Origin: an uncultured Gemmatimonadales bacterium
GTDB lineage: Bacteria > Gemmatimonadota > Gemmatimonadetes > Longimicrobiales > RSA9
DNA length: 64,000 bases
Direction: 5' to 3'
NCBI GenBank assembly: GCA_963741945.1
Contig: CAVUKA010000001.1
Coordinates: forward strand, 1,348,695 to 1,412,694
The position numbers and the translations under genes are program-made. Below are positions 59,396 through 64,000 of this stretch, in pieces (within the stretch, counting starts at the first letter, position 1; each line of letters begins with the position of its first letter). The notes below the pieces were generated by a model. The model did not search any database, was not told the origin of the DNA, and saw only the letters and a list, made by a program, of their open reading frames with translations.

Positions 59396-60025
59396 TCACT
59401 GACGCACGTATCGCAAGTGCGTGGCGTCTGGACCATCGACAGTCTCGGCAATGCGAAACTGCGGCCGTGGCTCGTTGAGGTTTTCAAAGAGTCGCCGTCC
59501 GCCGCCAAAGAACACGGGAGCCAGGGCAATTTCCAGCTCGTCAACCGCACCGAGGTTCAGGTACTGCTGAATCACGTCCGCTCCTCCTGAGATCCGGACA
59601 TCGAGCTTCCCTGCCACCTCCCTTGCCAGCGTCAGCGCCTGCTCCGGCCCTTCATTGACGAAGTAGAACGTGGTTCCGCCAGGACGCACCCAGGGGTCCC
59701 GCTTCTCGTGGGTGAGAACGTAAACGGGCGTGTGAAACGGAGCTTCCTCCGGCCAGCTGACCTCGCCCTGGTCGAACATGCGCTTGCCCATGACGTTCGC
59801 ACCGGTGCGCTCGAAGGTGTGGCGAACCATGTCGTTGACCGGGCCGGTCTCTCCCCCCGGGCCGAACTCGAGCTTCTCGCGCATGTACCGTTGCTTGAGC
59901 AGCCAGGCCATGAGCGCACCCCATTTTTCGCCCCAGTTCCTGTACCCGGGATCCGCCATGGTCATTCCTTCCGGTGCCATGTAGCCATCGAGGCTGAGCG
60001 CGATGTTGACGAATACTTTGCTCAT
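59396..60025 (-). CDS. Dihydrofolate reductase/RibD C-terminal family protein
   Basis: SLDGYMAP, VMGKRMF, ISGGADVIQQYL, APVFFGGGRRLF. Confidence 0.88.
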   Translation of the reverse strand: MSKVFVNIALSLDGYMAPEGMTMADPGYRNWGEKWGALMAWLLKQRYMREKLEFGPGGETGPVNDMVRHTFERTGANVMGKRMFDQGEVSWPEEAPFHTPVYVLTHEKRDPWVRPGGTTFYFVNEGPEQALTLAREVAGKLDVRISGGADVIQQYLNLGAVDELEIALAPVFFGGGRRLFENLNEPRPQFRIAETVDGPDATHLRYVRQ

Positions 60026-60147
60026 GATTTTCGCCTGGGTTCGGATAGCGGCCTGACGCACTGGGATTCACCTGCGGCGCGCGAACCGGGGTGACAGGTG
60101 CAACGCCTCGTTACCCAGCGCGGTTGCACTCCGTCCAGGCCCGCACA

Positions 60148-60717
60148 TTACATGGGTTTCAAGTTCTTGTTGAGCCTGTCTACAATTTTCTCGAAATCCC
60201 GTTGTCGGGCGTCTTCGGTCTTGAATGAAAAGTACCTCCTGGTGTATGTGAGTCGAACAGACGGTGTCATGTTATTGAAGTTCTCGTATGCCGGTGTCAT
60301 GCCGGCCAACTTTTCTGCCAACGCTTCGACCTGACCCTCGGCAATCGGCTCACGTTTCGGAGCGTCCCACATGCCGTTTCGTTTTGCCGCTTCCACTGCT
60401 CGTTCGCCTGAATCGGTCATCAACCCGTTTTCCCGCAGCGTTTCCACCTTCTTCTTGTTTCTCTCGGACCAGGGGCTCCTGGGGCGGCGCTGGGCGAAGT
60501 ACTTGGCATATCTCGTGTCATCGATGCTTCTCATCTGTCCATCTATCCACCCGAAACAAAGAGCTTCTTCCAGGGCGTCATTTGCCGACAGTGTGGCTAT
60601 CGCTCTTGTCTTGCCGAATACCAGCCACACTCCGTCGGTTGTCTCCGCGTTTTCGCGCAGCCACGTGCGAAAGTCGTCGCGCGAAGCGAACAGCAATTCA
60701 GGAACGTTTGCTCTCAT
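60148..60717 (-). CDS. YdeI/OmpD-associated family protein (lower GC)
   Basis: FRTWLREN, ALEEALCFGWIDG, WSERNK. Confidence 0.88.
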   Translation of the reverse strand: MRANVPELLFASRDDFRTWLRENAETTDGVWLVFGKTRAIATLSANDALEEALCFGWIDGQMRSIDDTRYAKYFAQRRPRSPWSERNKKKVETLRENGLMTDSGERAVEAAKRNGMWDAPKREPIAEGQVEALAEKLAGMTPAYENFNNMTPSVRLTYTRRYFSFKTEDARQRDFEKIVDRLNKNLKPM

Positions 60718-60995
60718 GACAACGAATCCTCGATGTCGAACGTACGGATGAGGCAGGATGATACCGCCCCTTCATGGCTGTCCGCAGGACGGTTCCGCGG
60801 CCGAAGTTCCGCCCGCCTGGCTCAACGGCTCGAGGCTCTGGCGTAGAACTCCGAGCTGGAGAGCTCCTCGGCATGTTGGTCGTGTCGTGTGGAGTCCGCA
60901 ACGCCGTTCGCGCCGGATAATGCGTTCCATGCTGCGCCCACGGTTCAGCCACGCGCCCGGGGTCGGGACGCGGGAACGGGCGGCCGGCGGTCGGT

Positions 60996-61032
60996 TGAAC
61001 GACGCACGGCAGATCGTGCCGAACGTCGTACA
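60996..61032. repeat. Single 37-bp palindrome of the TGWACGA family
   Basis: TGAACGACGCACGGCA-GATCG-TGCCGAACGTCGTACA. Confidence 0.8.
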
Positions 61033-61094
61033 GTCGCCACGCGGGCTGGGGCATGGCGGGTGCGCGGGCCACGGGGTTGAAACGTGCTGCCCGG

Positions 61095-61655
61095 CTAGAA
61101 ATAGTCCTCGATCCCGTAGCCGAACTGTCTGCCCGCCGCACACTTGTCGACGAGGTTGCTCAGCCGCTTTTCGAACTCGTACGGGCGGGCCCGGGCGTGG
61201 TCGACGTAGGCCGCCCGGATCCGCTGGTAGGAAGGGGAAGTGCCCTCGAAGAACGTCCACGCTCCATGGCGCGCTTCGAGGGCGGCGCGGATGTCGTCCG
61301 GGATCTCGAAGTCCTCCGGCCGCGCGTGGTCCAGGTCGCCCTCGACGGACGGATGGAGCTTCCCTTCCCTGGCGAGGCGGGCCAGTCGCTCCTTGTTGGT
61401 CTGGGAGTAGGCGCTCCCTGCTCTGCGGGGAGTGAAACGCTGGGCATGCCGCTCGGCATCGAGGCTCTTCCGCGTGCTGTCGATCCACCCGAAACAGAGC
61501 GCCTCCTCCACCGCATCGTTGTAGGCGACGCCGGGCCGCCCCGTGTTCTTCCGCCAGGAGACGAGCCAGATCTCCGTCCTGTCCTCGTGATGGGCCGCCA
61601 GCCAGTCGCGCCACTGCTCGCGGGTGGGGACGTAGAGCGTTTCGGTGACATCCAT
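61095..61655 (-). CDS. YdeI/OmpD-associated family protein
   Basis: WRDWLAAHH, AVEEALCFGWIDS, RFTPRR..S.YSQTNK. Confidence 0.9.
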   Translation of the reverse strand: MDVTETLYVPTREQWRDWLAAHHEDRTEIWLVSWRKNTGRPGVAYNDAVEEALCFGWIDSTRKSLDAERHAQRFTPRRAGSAYSQTNKERLARLAREGKLHPSVEGDLDHARPEDFEIPDDIRAALEARHGAWTFFEGTSPSYQRIRAAYVDHARARPYEFEKRLSNLVDKCAAGRQFGYGIEDYF

Positions 61656-61815
61656 GGTGGACTCGGCTGGCGGTCGGAGAGGAGCGCTGATGCCGCAAGC
61701 TAAACTGCGGACAGGTCCAGCAGCTACACCGGCGAACCGCAGATCGTGGTACCGGGGGATCCGGACGAACGGGTCGAGCTCGTGACCGGTGAGGGCGACA
61801 ACGCGGTAGCCACCG

Positions 61816-62003
61816 GGGCGTCGCGGGCGTCGCGGGCGTCGCGGGCCTCGTGGGCGTCGTGGGCGTCGTGGGCGTCGTGGGCCTCGTGGGCGTCGCGGGC
61901 GTCGCGGGCGTCGCGGGCGTCGCGGGCGTCGCGGGCGTCGCGGGCGTCGCGGGCGTCGCGGGCGTCGCGGGCGTCGCGGGCCTCGTGGGCGCCGCGGGCG
62001 TCG
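61816..62003. repeat. Microsatellite of about 21 GGGCSTCGY units
   Basis: Tandem 9-mers running directly into the palindrome pair. Confidence 0.9.
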
Positions 62004-62005
62004 GT

Positions 62006-62103
62006 TGAACGATTCACGGCGAATACCGCCGTGGATCGTTCACTGGACCGAGGCGGGGCGGTCGGTTGAACGACGGACGGCAGATAGTGCCGATCATCGT
62101 ACA
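62006..62103. repeat. Pair of 37-bp palindromes (61-bp period)
   Basis: TGAACGATTCACGGCG-AATAC-CGCCGTGGATCGTTCA (62006-62042) and TGAACGACGGACGGCA-GATAG-TGCCGATCATCGTACA (62067-62103). Confidence 0.9.
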
Positions 62104-62163
62104 GTCTTCCGGCGGGGCGACGTACGTCGGGGCCGCTGACCCGGGACGGAACACGCCCTCCCC

Positions 62164-62721
62164 TCAGAGGTCGAAGAAGAGGAGGCCGGTGTAGACGACG
62201 AACAGGACCAGGACGGAGTAGGCCAGCAAGCGATGTCCCCGTTCCCGCTTCAGGGCCATGCCGAGGATCGCGGCAACGAAGAAGATGCCGTGGAAGGCGA
62301 GGTTCGTCCTTCCGGGAAGTGTCCGACCCAGCACGAGGTCCCTCGCGAGGCTGACGATCAGGAGGACGACGAGGAGGCCGAAGAACCACGGCCGCTGGTG
62401 GAGGAAGTTCTCCCTCAGGTCCTGCCTGCGCGCGTCGCTGCTCGGAAAGACCAGCAGGGTCAGCAGGAAGAGGACCATGGGCTGCAGGAGGATGACCACG
62501 AACTCCAGAAAGGTCCAGGCGCGGTGCTGTGTGTAGCCGAACATGGTCCACCAGGTCTGGATGTGGACCAACAGGAGGAACCCGGCCCAGGCCAGCGCCG
62601 GGCCGAACGCGGGGAACTCGCTCCGCCCCTCCACCCACCGTCCGAATCCCGTGAGGAGGTGGGTGATCCCCAGCCCCAGCACGATGGAGATCAGGACCGA
62701 CAGGTATTCGAACGCTCCCAT
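62164..62721 (-). CDS. Hypothetical multi-pass membrane protein
   Basis: FEYLSVLISIVLGLGITHLL...WW; about 6 TM segments. Confidence 0.8.
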   Translation of the reverse strand: MGAFEYLSVLISIVLGLGITHLLTGFGRWVEGRSEFPAFGPALAWAGFLLLVHIQTWWTMFGYTQHRAWTFLEFVVILLQPMVLFLLTLLVFPSSDARRQDLRENFLHQRPWFFGLLVVLLIVSLARDLVLGRTLPGRTNLAFHGIFFVAAILGMALKRERGHRLLAYSVLVLFVVYTGLLFFDL

Positions 62722-62861
62722 TCACACCGTTCCTTTTGTGGCGGCCTCGATGCCGCGCCACGCGCGCTTCGCGGCGGCCGCCATTGGAAGTTGTCTCGCG
62801 ACTCTGGACTTGTTGCCGGCCCACGTTGCCGGGCCGGAGCGCGAGGTGCAAGGCAGCTGCC

Positions 62862-63839
62862 CTAGACCAGCATTCCTTTGCCCCGCGCCCGGCCGAGCGC
62901 GCTCTCGAGACTCGCCAGTACGTCGTCGGCCTGCTGGTCCAGCTGCTTCGCGGTGAACCGCAGCACGGTGAAGCCGGCGGCGCGGAGGGTGAGGTCGCGG
63001 TCGTGGTCCCGGTCGAAGGACTGGCGGCCGCGGTGGTAGCGGAAGCCGTCGATCTCCACCACCACCCGCTGCCGTCGCCAGAGGAAGTCCACTTCGAAGC
63101 CGGCGACGCCGGCGTTCACCTGCGGCGCCGGGAGCCCGGCGGACCGGACCAGCGCCAGGAAACGCTCCTCCAGCGGGGAGCGCGTGAACGCGGGGCCGAG
63201 CTCCCGGGAGAGGATGGCGCGGAGCGACGCGGCTCCGCGGCGCCGGGGGTGGCGCTCCAGCAGCTGGGCGACGTCCGTCAGCTCCGCCAGCTCCTCCCGC
63301 TCCGCCGCGGCCAACGCCTGCTCCAACGCGCGCGGGGCGAGAGCGCCGGCGAGGTCGAGGAGCGTACGCGCGGGCGTGGTGACCGGGATGCCGCGTCGCT
63401 CGGTCACCTCGTCGTCCCGCAGCGTGGGGACGCGGCGGACGCGCACCCCGGCCACGCGACCGCGGAACCCGTCCCTGACGCTGATCTCCACTTCCGCGGG
63501 GCGACGGGCGGCGGGCAGGATCCCCCAGACCACGCCCGCGCTCGGGCCGGTCAGCACCGCCCCGTCGCCGCCGGCCAGCACGGCCGCCATTTCGCGCTGT
63601 AGCGGGACCGGCACCGGGCCGACGCGGTAGACGCCGGGGTGGATCGCCCGCAGCCGACCGCGCTTCACGCGGTTGTCCACCGTGTGGGCCGAGAGCCCCG
63701 CGGCCAGCAGCTGCCGCCGCGCGACCACGCCGTGCTGGCGGACGGCGAGCTCGTCGATGGCGCGGTCAGCGACGCGGGCGTCAGTGGCGTCAGTGGCGTC
63801 GCTGCCATCGTTTGAACGATTCACGGCAGATACCGCCAT
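62862..63839 (-). CDS. AbiEi-like N-terminal HTH plus DUF559 (Vsr-like PD-(D/E)XK) endonuclease
   Basis: LAVRQHGVV.R.QL..AG, IHPGVY, VTTPARTLLDLA, EVDFLW...VVEIDG..YH, D..RD..L...GF.VLRFT; start uncertain. Confidence 0.85.
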   Translation of the reverse strand: MAVSAVNRSNDGSDATDATDARVADRAIDELAVRQHGVVARRQLLAAGLSAHTVDNRVKRGRLRAIHPGVYRVGPVPVPLQREMAAVLAGGDGAVLTGPSAGVVWGILPAARRPAEVEISVRDGFRGRVAGVRVRRVPTLRDDEVTERRGIPVTTPARTLLDLAGALAPRALEQALAAAEREELAELTDVAQLLERHPRRRGAASLRAILSRELGPAFTRSPLEERFLALVRSAGLPAPQVNAGVAGFEVDFLWRRQRVVVEIDGFRYHRGRQSFDRDHDRDLTLRAAGFTVLRFTAKQLDQQADDVLASLESALGRARGKGMLV

Positions 63840-63910
63840 GGATCGTTCACTGGACCGGGGCCCGCCGGTCGGTTGAACGGCGAGCGGCAGATAGTGCCCA
63901 TCATCGTACA
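63813..63910. repeat. Pair of 37-bp palindromes (61-bp period) at the 5' end of the DUF559 gene
   Basis: TGAACGATTCACGGCA-GATAC-CGCCATGGATCGTTCA (63813-63849) and TGAACGGCGAGCGGCA-GATAG-TGCCCATCATCGTACA (63874-63910). Confidence 0.9.
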
Positions 63911-64000
63911 GTCACCTCCCCGGTCGGCGCGCCACGGGGGCGCGCTCCGCTCGTGGTGCCGCGGACGCCCGACCGCGGTGGTCCCGGGGCGACGATGCAT

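Noticed and set aside
60098-60129. attC between the YdeI and DHFR-like genes
   Set aside because: The GTGCAAC...GTTGCAC hairpin is only 32 bp and has no L boxes.
62006-62103. CRISPR array (37-bp palindromic repeat, 24-bp spacer)
   Set aside because: Only doublets or singlets, repeats diverge within a pair, linkers are similar between loci, and no cas genes are in the window.
61724-62851. 375-aa ORF with DAR repeats
   Set aside because: Off-frame overlap with the membrane gene plus a translated microsatellite; no domain signal.
1-64000. tRNA or rRNA genes
   Set aside because: None recognised by eye; tRNAscan-SE and Infernal were not run.

Overview
High-GC bacterial chromosomal window. The style of its Ser/Thr kinases and PAS/GAF histidine kinases suggests Gemmatimonadota, but this is inference and no database search was run. 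Bases 1-24.8 kb are ordinary housekeeping and signalling genes: sirtuin, rlpA, M13 peptidase, ispG, gdhA, pncA, bcp, two histidine kinases, an ECF sigma/anti-sigma pair, a dipeptide epimerase, ada-like, EamA, an FNT transporter and an HcrB-like FAD subunit. Bases 25-35.6 kb are a mosaic of intact genes (GntR, DinB, ArsR-SRPBCC, HcrA-like Mo subunit) and gene or IS fragments. Bases 40.2-58.8 kb hold a chromosomal integron with an 'inverted' layout: intI is co-oriented with the cassette array and the array starts at its 3' end. It has 7 attC sites, a putative attI and 8 cassettes (the last truncated), 5 of them toxin-antitoxin modules. Five distinct IS21 elements have invaded it; two are nested inside other IS21s and one splits intI, and all five target-site duplications are readable. 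Bases 59-64 kb carry co-oriented accessory genes and an AbiEi-like/DUF559 nuclease gene, punctuated by an unnamed family of 37-bp palindromes at a fixed 61-bp period that also occurs at 25 kb. This palindrome/nuclease arrangement is the best candidate for an undescribed system. Product calls come from recognisable motifs only.
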